From Camelus dromedarius (taxonomy: Eukaryota), in the NCBI RefSeq assembly GCF_036321535.1, contig NC_087436.1, positions 104,162,001-104,226,000 on the forward strand: a stretch of DNA of 64,000 bases, in the 5' to 3' direction. Shown piece by piece: positions 1-12,861 of this stretch. Every line of letters starts with the position of its first letter. Positions within the stretch are counted from its first letter, which is position 1. A program made the position numbers and the translations under genes. The notes under the pieces are model-generated. The model was not told the DNA's origin, searched no databases, and saw only the letters and a list, made by a program, of their open reading frames with translations.

Positions 1-1442
1 TTGAAAAGCAAAGAACTTAGAATAGCTGAAATAGTTCTGACACAGGTGAACAAAATGAGGGGACGTCTTCTACCCGATTTCAAGGTTTACTCTAAAGCTA
101 CAGAACTCAAGACAGTGTGGTATTGGAATAAGGACAGACATAAATCCATGGAATAGAACAGAGAGTCCAGAAATAAGCCCACAGATACATGATCAATTGA
201 TTTTATACAGAGGTGCTGACATAAAGGGGAAAGGGTAGATTTTTTAGCTGGAAATGATGTTGGAACGATTGTATATCCATATGCAAAAATGTGACCAATA
301 ACACTTCAATTTGTACCACACACAAAAATTAACTAAAACAACAACAACAACAACAACAAACATAGGGCGAAAGGTAAGAGCTAAAACTATAAAGTTTCTA
401 AAAGGAGAGGAAAAAAAATTTGTTTGTAACCTTGAGTTATACAAGAATTTCTTAGATAGGACAGACACACACACACAAAGAACCATTAAAAAAAGGCTAA
501 ATGATTCAACAAAATAAAAACTTTTGCTCTTTAAAGATAGTTAAGAAAATTAAAAGACGAGCCAGAGGCTGGGAGAAAAATTTTACAAACCAGAAATGTA
601 TCCAGAATAAATAATTCTTACAACTTCAAGTAATTGATTAAAAAGGGGAAGAAGACTTAGACACTTTACAAAAGAATATGTACAAATGGCAAATAAACAT
701 AAAAAGATGCTCTACATCATTCATAATTAGGGAAATGCAAATTAAACCACCTTTTGAATGACTAACATGGTAATACCAAATACTAGGATTTGGAGCAACT
801 GGAACTCTTATTACATTGCTAATGGGAACGTAAAATGGAGAATAACTTCAGAAAAGAGTCTGGAGGTTTCTTAGAAAGTTAAACTTGTGATTACATATGA
901 CTCAGCAATTCTACCCCTGGGTATTTACCCAAAAGAAATAAAGATATACGTCCACATGAAGGCTTGTACACACGTTTATAGTAGCCATCCATAATACACC
1001 AAAATGTGAGAACAACATGGATGGCCGCTAACAATGATGGATAAACAAATTGCATGAAAGACTACTGAGTAATAAAAAGGAATGGAAAACGAATCGCACA
1101 AAACCATGGCTGAATCTCAGATTATGCTAAGCAAAAGAAATCAGACACAAAAGGGTACATATGTGATTCCATTTACACGAAACTCTAGAATAAAGACCAA
1201 TCAAATGTTTAGGGACACAGCAGATCAATGGCTGTTCGGAGTGAATGTGTATATGGAAGATCAGATGGGAAGAGGCATAAAGAGAATTGTTTCAGGCGAT
1301 GGAAATGTTCAACACCTCGACTGTGGTGGTGGTGACGTGGGTGTCTACATTTGTCAAACTTTATAGAACAGTATAATTAAAACGTACACATTTTATTGTA
1401 TATAAATTATACCTTAATAAAGTTGATTTAAATGAAAAAAAA
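1..1442 (+). mobile_element. Old L1 (L1MD/ME-like): degraded ORF2 C-terminal part, 3' UTR and poly(A)
   Basis: ORF2-type text (ctcaagacagtgtggtattgg, gggaaatgcaaattaaaccac). Ends with ttatacctTAATAAAgttgatt and an A-tail. Confidence 0.9.
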
Positions 1443-1614
1443 TTGAGTGAACTGAAGCATTTACATTTTTTTTCTGTCAAAATATTCTTATTTTTGGACT
1501 TCCACAAATCAACCTAGTGGGTGAAATAACTGGGTGACACTGAACGAGTAAGTTATTACTCCAAACCTAGCAAGTTTCCTCATCAGTAAAATGAGTGAAT
1601 TAGATTAGCTGACT

Positions 1615-2030
1615 TCATTCATTCATTAAGTGTTTACTAAAGCCCATTAAGGGGCAAGCACTATGCCAGGTTCTAGAGATAGAAAGCTGAAAAGTGAAAC
1701 CATCTTTGCCTGAAGGAATCAGTGCAGTGGAAGAGAGAGACAAGCTAGCACATGGTTATGATACTGCTTAGGTACATTTAGGGATGAGAAGAATTCAGAA
1801 GAGAAGCAGTCTTCCCTGGTCATGCAACACCTGAGTTGGGTTTTGAGGTACAAATAAGAGTTAGGTAAAGAGGGAAGAGAAGGCGTTCTAAGCAGAGGGT
1901 GCTATATGGGCAAAGGGACAAAGGAGAGAGAGACACACAGTGTGTTTCAGGTACTGCAGGTAGCTTAGTAGGTCTGGAACATGGACATTGTCCTTTTGAG
2001 GTCATGGTGTGTCTTGACTGAAAAGAAGTT
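1615..2030 (-). mobile_element. L2 3' fragment (short MIR piece just upstream, ~1530-1610)
   Basis: ttcattcattcattaagtgtttact...gcactatgccagg is the reverse-complement L2 tail. Confidence 0.7.
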
Positions 2031-2129
2031 TACAAAGATTCCCCTAGTGTAACCAGTGTGTAGATAGGGGTCCTGTGCCAAATAATGATACCCATGTTGT
2101 AGAGGATTACCTAAATGGGAAAATAACTG

Positions 2130-2590
2130 TGTCTTCAATGAGCATCCTTTCTGTTGCAAAGAGAATCTCTGGCTCATGTAGCAGAGTAAACAGTCCAGAC
2201 AGAGACTGCGGGGGGGGGGGGGGCGTGAGGGTCAGCAAGGTCGACAGAGCAGCTTCCTGCTCCTTCCGTCCCTAGGCTGCGGCAGCGCCAGACCCTATAT
2301 CCATCCTCCCTGAAAGATTAAATCAAAGCCTCAGAACCAACTTTCACTGATTTTGCACAGTCTTAGATTTTGTGCCGATCCTGAAGCAATCCCTGTGGCC
2401 AGAGGGATGGTACTTAACGACCACTTGGCCGGGATCCAGAGGTCCTGGAGATGGGAGTCAGCCTCATCTGAAGCACAAGCAGACGGCGGTCGATCTCCAA
2501 GGAAAAATTAGAGTCTTTGTAGAAGAAGGGAGACTACAGATGCTGACGAGGAATTATGTTGTAAGAAAAACAGATTCCAACAATTTTTAG
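2130..2590 (-). mobile_element. ERVL-MaLR LTR (MLT1K/L-like)
   Basis: cctgaagcaatccctgtggccagagggatgg and ccaaggaaaaattagagtc...agaagaaggg resemble the MLT1 antisense consensus. Confidence 0.5.
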
Positions 2591-4378
2591 AACAAGTCAG
2601 GGCGTACAAACACACATGGACAAACTTCCTCTTTCATCTTGCATGCCTACTGACTTCAGAATAAAGTGATGTGAGACTTAACACGTGTACAAAAAAACTA
2701 TCACTCAATATTCTAAGCACCATATTAGTAAATGAATGGTTTTATGAGAAAAAGAGTAGAGTGTAATTCTAACTTATAGGCTCTGGGTACCTTCACGATA
2801 GAGGAGAGATTTTTAGTGGGGCCTTGAACAGTGGAGGTCTTTCTGGAAGAGACAAAGTACGTGGCCACAGCTGGTGGAGGACCAGCACGTAATCTGGTCA
2901 GGCTGCAGTGAAGCGGGATGGTGACCAGGGTGGGAGCACAGGAACGGGAAGGTCAAGCTGTGGAGAATTTCCCCCCACTATGCTACAGAGCCTGGACTTT
3001 CCCCATGAAGCAATGCGGTAGTGTTTACTTTTTAAGTATGTAAGTGACACGGCGGAACCTGTATTTAGAGAGTGCAGGAGCAGATTAGACACTTTCTGAG
3101 ATAAGAACGGAGATAAGTGTTGGGGAATAAAGCCAAGTTGTGAGCTGGAAGCCGAGGGAGTTCAAGCCTAATGGTCTCTAGTTTCTCTATGAAACAGGCA
3201 GAGAGAGCACGTGCTGCGTGTAAGGGGGTGCATGCCGTTCAGACAGGCTGGAAACTACAATTAGCCCTGAATGCTGCATTACCAAAATATTCTGATCAAA
3301 GAGATTGTTCAATAAACTTCCATAATATAAGACTGTACATACCACATTATTGAACTGATAATCAGGAAAACCAAATATAATTGGTCTATTAGGCCATCTC
3401 ATCTTCGGTGAGAATGCCTCAGGCAGAATACTTAGGTAATTATCACTGGTGACTCAGATCCCTGTGATCACGGGCAGAGCCTAGGCCGGTGCGTCAGGGG
3501 TTGGTGGGAGAGGGTTTGGGAGGACGCTGGAGGAAGGAGGCCAGTAGTGTGTGGAGTGCAGCTGGAGACGGAGTGGGTGAGGCAACCTGAGTGCCCCTCA
3601 TGCAGTATTTTCATAAGCAGCCAAGAGCAGCCCGTGGCTCAGACGGGGTTTGTGACCGCAGCAAAATGCCTGGCAGCCTCCCAGGTTTGGTTTTGGGATT
3701 CAGATTCAGGACTACTGGCTGGAGCCACCTGTTCCAAATGAAAGGATCTGTATGCCATGGTCCATTCATTTTTTAAAGATATGGATAAAGCCTCAAATCT
3801 ACAAATAAAGTCATACAAAAGCTAAGGAAGTTGGGCATTCTTCACAAATTATCTTCTACCACTTGACCTTAAAATGTCATATTTAAAATTGATTACTGAC
3901 AACCTCTTATATTTGCTTGGTGCTTTGTAGTTAAAAAAAAATCACTTTCAAACATATTTTTTCATTTGGTCTTACTCAACCCTTTAAGGTAAACAGAGCA
4001 AATACAAAAAGTTCCTGCTGCCTGTCCACTTCCTGCCCCTCCTACCCTCCTGCACCCAACTTACAGGCAAGAGAGATTAAATTATCTAGGGACTTAGAGC
4101 TAGGACAAGAACCCTCCAGTCTAATGTCTTCTGCTAGACTACTACATTAACACTTTTTAAAAAGCTTATGGATATTCTCCTAAAGAAAAAAGCCAAAGAT
4201 GGGTGTATCTGTATACATTTGACCCCAATCATCCAAAACTCTCTCTCTTCCTAACAGGGAAGAGAGGGAGACAGCAGTCAGGCATGTGCGCATCCTTGTG
4301 ACGAACGTGCATTGGTACACACAAAGCGGCAAAGAGTATGATTATAACTGTACCACCTGCAAAAGCAGTGAAGTGGGG

Positions 4379-4384
4379 TTTATT
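4379..4384 (-). terminator. Distal poly(A) signal AATAAA
   Basis: cttAATAAAcccc followed by GU-rich ctttgtgtgtacc. Confidence 0.5.
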
Positions 4385-5399
4385 AAGAATCACTCACTGA
4401 ATAAATGATTATTTAGACCTCAACAAGTCAACAAGTACCTGATGGATAAAAGCATATCATTTAGGTTTTCAAGTTAATAACTAGCAGTTATATCAAATTC
4501 CACCAGGCTTGCAGTCTTGTGCTAAACCTCATACATTTCCTAACATATACTCTCTTAATAAAAGACTCAGGAAATACATTTGGATAAAACTTAGTACAAT
4601 TCTAGGCATTCAGTAAGACTATTAATCTACTGATTCAGAGTTTTGTTGAAATGATCAGCATCTCGAATTTGAGTTTAAAATTGAAAGACAATGATTTTTA
4701 GGCTTTTTTTCCCCTCACATTCTATTATTCTGTATTACAGAAATGCTAGGTCTTTAAGTAGAGATATAAAATAAGACCCTTCACTTACAATAAGGACCAA
4801 AATGAGACTGATGTCTTGCAGAATAGAATGTCTTCACTTCTAGAGTGAATGTATAGTACCTACTTCTGGCCTCTCTACGCTGCTCTGTCCTAGAGGTAAA
4901 TCTTGTTAAACCACGCTTCAGTTAAAGCGGATGTGGTTCTGATTTTTCATTCCCTTCACGGAATCCTTGGGTGTCTTCTTTGTATACTTCCCAAGTAACG
5001 GTATCTGTCAACCTCAGCCCCGTCAAGGCTTCTAACCAAGAGATGGAAGGTTGCGAAGTTTGAAGGGATCACTCTGTAATTTCCTTTTTTCCAGAAATCA
5101 TGACTGAAATATTGTCAGCTGGAGATGACTGTATTTGGCCTTCCCCAACAGAGATCTTTGAGGGAGAAATAAGGTGGGAGGGATCTAGAAGATCTCTGAT
5201 GAGAGAAAGGTTGTTAAAAACACCAAAGTACATTTGAATTCCTATTTAAAAGCATTATCTTTTTCAAGTCTTCCCACATCCTACCCCACCCCTGGCTCTG
5301 AGTGAAGAGCATTTATAAGACAAAATGATTCATTATCTAGAGACAAATTCACAAACTGACATAAGAGAATTGTCCCAGAGGCTACATTACCTCTTCAAG

Positions 5400-5405
5400 T
5401 TTATT
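5400..5405 (-). terminator. Middle poly(A) signal AATAAA
   Basis: Upstream TGTA motifs; downstream GU-rich tatgtcagtttgtgaatttgtc. Confidence 0.55.
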
Positions 5406-5611
5406 ACAGTATCTTTAGTTCTTATTGCATATATTGTTACATGCCTTTCACATCCCAGGATTATCTAGAGTGTGCTCAGTTTAGCAGAGTTAAGTCTATT
5501 GCTTCTGTCTTGAAATTCAGCAGCATGCAGTGCATTCATTACGTGGTGTGCAGAGCTATTGTTTCAAAAAGTGAAAAACTACTTAGGTTTAACTGAGGAG
5601 GGAACATGATC

Positions 5612-5617
5612 TTTATT
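5612..5617 (-). terminator. Proximal poly(A) signal AATAAA
   Basis: Minus strand gccAATAAAgatcatgttccctcctca, followed by U-rich gtagtttttcacttttt. Confidence 0.6.
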
Positions 5618-5720
5618 GGCTTATATGCAAAGTTTAATTTTGGTTTTATGCAGAGTTTGCATAGTTCATGATTACTTTCTAATGAAAAACTAGATGTGTT
5701 GTCAGTGACCTTGGAGAAGA

Positions 5721-5795
5721 TCAGGTGACAGTAGCAAATAGAAAAATCTGAAGAAGAGGCATAACTTTTAAAGTAGAAAGGTCAGCAAGAACTGC
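5721..5795 (-). CDS. TBC1D19: TBC1D19 last coding exon (CDS part): AVLADLSTLKVMPLLQIFLFATVT*
   Basis: tttgtttgtttcag|GCAGTT...GTCACC TGA. Stop codon at 5721-5723; matches the recalled TBC1D19 C-terminus. Confidence 0.96.
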   Translation of the reverse strand, partial: AVLADLSTLKVMPLLQIFLFATVT

Positions 5796-6816
5796 CTGAA
5801 ACAAACAAACAAAAAGGAATCATTAATATGGGTGTTCTGGTCAACAAAGCGAAGCCTATGAGATAAGGTACAATGGAAACGCCCTTACAATGCAGTTCTG
5901 ACATCAACATGCTCTAAGTCCTTCAGATTTGTCCCAAATCTCTGTACTGAAGCTACAACCTTCCTTCTCTTTTCTGAATATCTTAATGCTAGAGCGTGTG
6001 TAAAACGCTCAAATGTGTGGTAGAAAATAACCTGGACTCTAGCCCTGAGCCTTCTTCAAATACACAAGGTAGCATGAGTTTCTAAGAGGTCTAACATTTC
6101 AACTTGCTTCTATAAATAAACGTACATTATGAATCCTGTCCTGTTATACTAGTGTAAGGAGTAACTGACTTTGGGAAATCATTTTGAGATGAAACTAATG
6201 TTTATTCAGTTGCAAGATGCATAAACATCCTCTTCCCTTTAAACAAGAATGTAGGCAGCTATTTTAAGGATAAAATTTACACTTCTATGAGCGATAACAA
6301 AGAGAGGAATATTGTAAGCCACTATTTAATTGAATCATGTTTCAGGTATAAGTTATACTCTTGAAAAGAAATCAGCTTTAAATAATTAACTCACAACTAA
6401 AAATAACCACAAAGCCCCTATATCTTTACTATATCATCCAAATATATGCTCTTTAATTCCTTTAACTAGTTTGTCTTTGCTCTATGAGCATAACACGCGG
6501 ATGTGAACAATTACAACAACACGCAACATAAACCCCAATAGCTTCTATTAAAATTACTAGGCCTCTTGTTTCCCATAATGATTATAGTAGTTTCCTATAA
6601 TAATCTGTTTATGACTTCTTCTCAAGAGCATTGTTTTCAAGTAATTATGGATTTTGAATACTTAATATTACTTAGCTCGAAACTTAGAGGTTTTGCCCAA
6701 GTTAAACAAACTAGGCTACGAGTGCTGTGTGTCCTGCGTGTCTGGGACCGAAGTGCCCACGCCTGGCGGTCTCTCAGGAGCTATTTCCATCCCATCTGAG
6801 TGAAACTTATCCTTAC

Positions 6817-6887
6817 TTCAGCTGCAGCCAGTGATGTCACCTCCATCAGGTTCACTGCTCGGAAAGCAAACACAGCAGCTGCCAGGA
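6817..6887 (-). CDS. TBC1D19: TBC1D19 penultimate coding exon, 71 nt, phase 1/0: (V)LAAAVFAFRAVNLMEVTSLAAAE
   Basis: cattcttttccag|TCCTGG...GCTGAA|gtaagg. Confidence 0.96.
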
Positions 6888-7143
6888 CTGGAAAAGAATG
6901 CACACTATTTCAACTGCTGGCCTGCTGAGCAGACAGACAAATTTACTGCTATGCCCACAACCCACTGTGAGACCTCAGACGTAACTGCAGGCCTGCCTTC
7001 TGTGTTAAGGTCTTATGATGAATGGAAATTGTCTCCTCTGGAGAATGGCATCCAATGGCATCGTTTTGGGAAAAAGAGAAATTGAGTGGTTTTAAAAAAG
7101 TCATTTTATAACTTGTTTCCTTCATACCTAAAACTTCAATTGT

Positions 7144-7297
7144 AACAATTTTTCATTTGTTTTTTTTTTTTGTCTTTTTTTTTTTTTTTTAGTGGGGTAA
7201 TTAGGTTTATTTATTTATTTTGACAGAGGTACTGAGGATTGAACCTAGGACGTCGTGCATGCTAAGCACATGCTCTACTCCTGAACTATATTCTCCC
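7144..7297 (-). mobile_element. tRNA-derived SINE (camelid Vic-1-like) with 10-bp TSD
   Basis: Minus strand A-box tatagttcaggagtagagc, B-box ggttcaatcc, then aaataaataaacctaattacccc and an A-tail. CTTCAATTGT is repeated at 7134-7143 and 7298-7307. Confidence 0.9.
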
Positions 7298-8089
7298 CTT
7301 CAATTGTGAGTTTTTAAAAGGCATGAAGATCTAACGACTGTCATATAAATGAAGGTTTCTTTGGATGCAGGTGTTTCTTACTGATGCAATGGAGAGGCTT
7401 CTGAGAAGTTATATGCAGATTGAATTTTTAAAAATATCAGATGATGTTTCATGTGTAGCAAGGAGGTATCCTGATAAAAAATGTGGCAATAAAGTCTTTC
7501 CTTAAAACTATTTTTATAATATTTTGTAATATTTATATTTTTGTACTCAGCACTGATTTTCTTAGAGTGTCATAAGTGGCTGTGTGAGTGGGGTGGGCTG
7601 CTGTGGGACTGATCCTGACATTTACATTAATGTTGGCTACAGGAAAAAGAAGTTGAAACTTTGAAAACCAACCAACCAACCATTATAGAACATCCTGAAG
7701 CTCAACAATATATATCGAGTAGAAAACTGAATTTGGATTTTTGTTCCCATTAATCATATGCATATGAAAAGAGTAATGCTGACATGCAGTACATTTTATT
7801 ATCTAATCTACCATAAAACCTCATGGAAGGGGAAGAGTCACCATGAACAACGGAAGGACCCATGTAACAGGTTGAGGCAACTCTGATAAGGAGATGGTAC
7901 TCTGTCGTCATGATGTGACTTCTCCCCACTTTTCCCATCACCAGGGGTGGAAGTACAGTCCCTACCCAACAAATCCGTGGAGTTTAGGAAATGAATGGTA
8001 AGGAATCTTTAAAATTATTTGGAAGACTGGTTTCTAAGTATACTGCATAGCTAATGCAAATTTTTAAAAATATTTTTTCTCTATGGGAA

Positions 8090-8285
8090 CAATAATAACG
8101 ATAATAGCAGTTAATTCTTGTATCAACTCTATGAGTTAAGTACTAATGTTACCCCATTTTACTAATGTGGAAACGGAGGTGCTGTGAGTCTGGACGACAC
8201 ATCTGGAGTCACGCAAGTTGAATACAGCACAGTGAACACTCATCTCTGACGCCAGAGCCCAAGCATTCAACCACCATGTGATGAC
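8090..8285 (-). mobile_element. MIR SINE
   Basis: accccattttactaatgtggaaacggagg...catctctgacgccagagccc core. Confidence 0.8.
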
Positions 8286-9759
8286 ATTGCTGAGACAGAA
8301 GGTAAGCAGGAATGACTCATCCCTGACACGGAACTCTGCTGCTTTCCTAAGAATCACCTTCTTTTCTGTCCCTCAGGATGGTTTTCCAGAGTGGCCTGAA
8401 GGATGGTGCCATGCTGGTCCTGGGCTCTGGACCACAAGGTAGGTGGTAGTGCCTGATGAGCAGAAGTCAGGATCAAGGCCTCTTAGCTTCCCCAGACAGG
8501 GGCCGAGTGCAGCCAGTGACTGGGAAGCACAGGCACTTTTCGAGGGGACAATAGATTTTTGGACAGTTTGGCCAAATAAATAAATAAATTAGGGCTTGTT
8601 AGAGAGAAAAACTCTAGGGGAAAATAGGTGGTAATGGTAAAACAAAATTTAAACAGCCAAATTAGTAGGGATTATCTAATATGTAACAAGGGATATAAGA
8701 GATCTGGGACAAAGAATTAACCCTTTAATTGAAATAGAGAAAATTTAAGTACTTTAAAGTCACTGAGCTTCCATTTTTACAAGAGTATCAAAGAAAACCA
8801 GGTCTGTGGACCAGCAACTTTATGGTTTTCTAACATCTGGAATCATATTTGACAATGGAGACATTTTAGAAGCTAATGTGATCACCATTTCCTTTTTTTG
8901 TGTATAATTTAACGGAGTTGGTGAAAGCCTGACAGCATGGTCAAATTTTCTGCTGTAGCAGGAAAGAGTTTTACATGGCGGGAAATTGTTTTTCCAAAGG
9001 TAGATAAGAGGGGGAGAAAAGAGCAGTTCACTAATTAGCTTCAGCACCCAAAATGCTTATGTGCTCATAACCTTTATTTATCTTGGTGTCACATCACAGA
9101 GCTTCCTTTCCGTCTGCTTCATGTTTGGTTTGCCCAGCCCTTCCGCAGACCAAGTTTATTTGCCAAGGAGAAAAGGTCTATACTTTGGGATATTTTCAAC
9201 TGAAATCATGCTTCATATGAAATATAGAAACTCAAATATTTATCTTGGTCTTTTAACCTGTTCTTGTTACGTTAATTCTAAGAAACTCTAGCATGAACGT
9301 TAAGACACCTGTGCTTTATACTGCTCTTCAAAAGCCCCCAATTAATTCACAATTCAAACCAGTGATATTTACTAAAATATTTCTAAAGACCATATAGACT
9401 CACTTGAGCAAAAAAGGTAGCCCTAAAATATTCAGAACAGAAAATGCATAAGATAATCAAACCTGATTTGTATACATCTACTTCTAGTTACCTACCCTCT
9501 GGCTCTTGATCGGAATTTCATGGTAGGGAAGTGCCCATCAGTCTAATTCCATTTCTAGATGTTCTACAATTCTTCCCTGTTGATTTTTTAAAAACACTCA
9601 GAGAAAGTGAATGGATGCAAGTGTGGACTGCACGTCTACCTGTTCATCAGTAACTTTTTTAAATGTATTAAGTTCAGAGCAGAGTACCTGGCTTAGAGCA
9701 AATGCAGCAATCACCACTCCCTTATTTCTCTCTTACTTCAGCTTGCTGAGGGCTGCTAA

Positions 9760-10335
9760 GTTACAGAATGGGAGAATTTAAATTGGAACGGGCTTTGAAG
9801 GTCTTTCAATTCAACATTTCTTTCATGACAGAAAACCTCTTAATCCTTCAGGTGACAGTTAAAAAGCCCATTCTGCTTTTGGAAAGTCCTAATCGTTAGA
9901 AAGTACTTTCTTATTCTGAACCCATTTCTTTAATATTCTCTAATGTCTTTCTGAAATGATACAAAAAGCTACATGCAATACTCTTTAAAATTTACAACCT
10001 ACCTCGAAGAGAGTTATTTGGTGGAAAATCTAAAATCCTGTCACCTGAGAAATGGTAGCAAAAAAACAAGACTACTTAGCCCGGAAAATAGAAGACTTCA
10101 GGGAAAAGAAGAGCTAAGAGGTAGAAAAAACCTGATGGTGACCCTGGTGTAACGGCAGTACATTGTAACAAGTTATATTACTCAGAAATGAAAGCGGCTA
10201 CTTGGTAAGACAGAGATTACCCAACACTGAACGTTCAGACAGAGGCTGATAAGGACTGCCTGTCAGAACCATTTAAAAGAATTTGTACTGATGATCTCTA
10301 GGAGTCCTTCCATCTCTAGATCGTATGGTTCACTG
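9760..10335. mobile_element. Degraded CR1/L3 fragments
   Basis: aatcgttagaaagtactttcttattctgaa; gatctctaggagtccttccatctctagatcgtatggttc resembles an L3 tail. Confidence 0.45.
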
Positions 10336-11494
10336 CCATTCAGCCAAAAAAGATCAGGAAAGACCATTTCTTCCTGACTCATGTTTGTAAGGGCTTTAAA
10401 AACAACTGAGACAGAAGGATACTGGGAGTTGTCATCTGAGTACACCAGGGGCAACGTTTATCTTTATGGCACTTTGTTATTACCCTAATTTTCCTTTTCA
10501 AAATGCCACCTAATTACTCTAGACCTCTTAGCATTCAAAAGTATATTAATATGATACCTAGAGAATCTTCTGCAAGAAAAGGATCTTCAATTAAGCATTA
10601 TTTCCAAGTGGCCCAAAGAGGGGTCTTTACAACGCACTTGTTCTTTACATTGGGTAAAGAAACAAAGGTTCACACATGTTGCATAATTTGCTCAATATCA
10701 CACAACTGGAAAAGGTTGGAACCAGCACTCTGCCAACTTTTCCACCCTCCATCCATGTGAAAACCTTGTAATACTTATTTTGAATTTCCTGATGATCCTA
10801 ATGATAAAAATATTGAGTCTATTTTGCATAAGAGAAGCCAGATAATATAATAAGAAATCTGTGCTCTATGCATTATCAAACAGTCGCTTGTGTGTGTATC
10901 TGTTGCAAGAACTGCTTAATTATTAAATAAAAGATGGATTTGTGGATTCCTGAAAAAAATATTTCTTTTTGGCTTAAGAGACTACCTATCAGGGAAAAGA
11001 GCCACCAGGCCAGGAGTCAGAGGCTGTTAGCAAAAAGGAAAAGGTTTTGAATTCAGCATAAACTGAAGTCCAGAAGAGCTGAGGTTTCAGCTACACAGGG
11101 AGGCTCAGTGTGAGTCTGGATTTTAGGCAGCAGTTGCGAAGGGGCACAGAACAGAATGCTAAGAGCGTCAGAGGAGTCAGGAGAAGAGCGGGAGTGCGCT
11201 ACACGGCTGCACAAACCTGGCGGATGCTGAGACCGTAAGCCTGGGCTGAACTAAAAGCAGGGGAGGGATAATGGACTTTCCTGGAAGTCCAGAAAGACTA
11301 GGAGTGGACTGGTGTTGGGCAGTTACATAGGCAGTGCTTAACTTCTAAGGCAGACAAATCTATTAAATGTTCGTGAATTAGAAACAACAGACAACTGTAG
11401 GGTCACACTCCAATTACGGACGGTGAATGTTAGAAAGGAAAGGGGCTTTACCCTAGAAACAGCATGTGATTTACAAACAAGCACTTACTCTTAC

Positions 11495-11610
11495 CAGCAA
11501 GAATTTCCAGAGAGTTGTACCCTAGGATTCTATCCCACAAAAGCAAGAGTTGATCTGTAGCTAAGTATCCAGAGAAAGCTCGAACCATCCATTTAAATGA
11601 TATGCGAAGT
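11495..11610 (-). CDS. TBC1D19: TBC1D19 coding exon, 116 nt, phase 2/1: (P)LRISFKWMVRAFSGYLATDQLLLLWDRILGYNSLEILA(V)
   Basis: ttctttgcttacag|ACTTCG...TTGCTG|gtaaga. Contains the TBC-domain W....F and LWD motifs. Confidence 0.97.
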
Positions 11611-12861
11611 CTGTAAGCAAAGAAAAAAGAAAAGAAGTTTTACCAGGGGAATTTTTTCTCATCAAAAAGCAGTATCAGAAGAACATAACCAGTTCTATTA
11701 TTAAGGTAACTCCTTTGTGGGTCTTAAAAATCACCTGAACATTTAAAACTCAAGCACTCTATTAAGAGCAGTAAAAGTGCAATAGTGAGAAACCATGAGT
11801 CCTCAAATTAGTGATCTCAAAGTATTAAAGAGAAAGAATTACATTGCTGGGCCCTACTTTATGTATGAGTTGATCCTTTAGGACACTCGCTACTACATTC
11901 TGTCTTTCAGGGTGTGTACTAATTAGCTATCAATGAGGTGGTCTTAAGAGTCTTAACAGTTCGAGGCAAACCATTTGAATTTTTATTCAAAATACCTGAA
12001 AGAGAGCTTGATAGCTGCATATTTTTACAATTCAATAAGTTATATTCCTACCTTTCACTCAAATAGCTACATAGGATAAAAAAATAAAACAATAGGTAGG
12101 AGTTTTTGATGACAAAGAAGAATAGTTTTAAAACTATAAGGGAATTTAGAAATAGATTTCTGATCTCAAACCTTTTGTTTGAAAAAGTAGGTTATCAGAA
12201 CTCTAAAAGATCAACCAGAAAATTCAATTAAATTCTATTTTGTCCCCCCCAAAATCCTAAGAAGTATGAGATCTCACTGTTTTTATAAGTAGGTAAATTT
12301 ACAATAACAATTTATCTCTGGTAACAAGAAATAAACTCTTTAGCTTTGGTGCCTAAAGAGGTAAAATAGCCCCTCACATTTCTGTGCTATCTACTAGCAA
12401 CTAAATATCACTTGACTGCCCTGAGAGGTACTAGAGGTACTAGCCAAACTCTTTGTTAAAATTGTTATCATGTTATATAGATAAATAACTATATATATCT
12501 ACTATATAGATAAATAACGGGATCCAGAGGTTGCCTTTGTTGGTGTCAAATTAATTCTCTTAAGACTGAGAAAGACCCCAACTTTCAGAAATTCCTCAAC
12601 ACTAGATAACTATTGTTCTAATATAACAAGACACATGTAAGCAGTAGTACTGATAAGTCAAGCTTTTTGGTTGGTTTTAGAATATCTTTTTATAGACCCA
12701 AAGAAAGTTTTGGTCACTGGATATTTTAAATTTTGAAAATTCACTAACTTTCAAGTCTAAATTATTAACTTCAACTAGTTTCATTTTACTGGATCTCGCA
12801 TAGTGTCTCACCACATGTCATGCCTCCCTGCTCCCTAGTATATGTAGCACAGAATTAGTTT

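Larger units (their letters stand above)
4360..5720 (-). other. TBC1D19: TBC1D19 3' UTR (maximal extent inferred)
   Basis: Largely repeat-free sequence after the stop codon, ending near the most distal AATAAA (4379-4384). Confidence 0.55.

Noticed and set aside
4922..5160. Nearly open minus-strand frame in the 3' UTR (KISVGEGQ...EPHPL)
   Set aside because: Internal stop, no recognisable homology and no clear splice signals; likely chance.
6831..7085. + strand ORFs overlapping real exons (also 16605-16808)
   Set aside because: Antisense shadows of minus-strand TBC1D19 exons.
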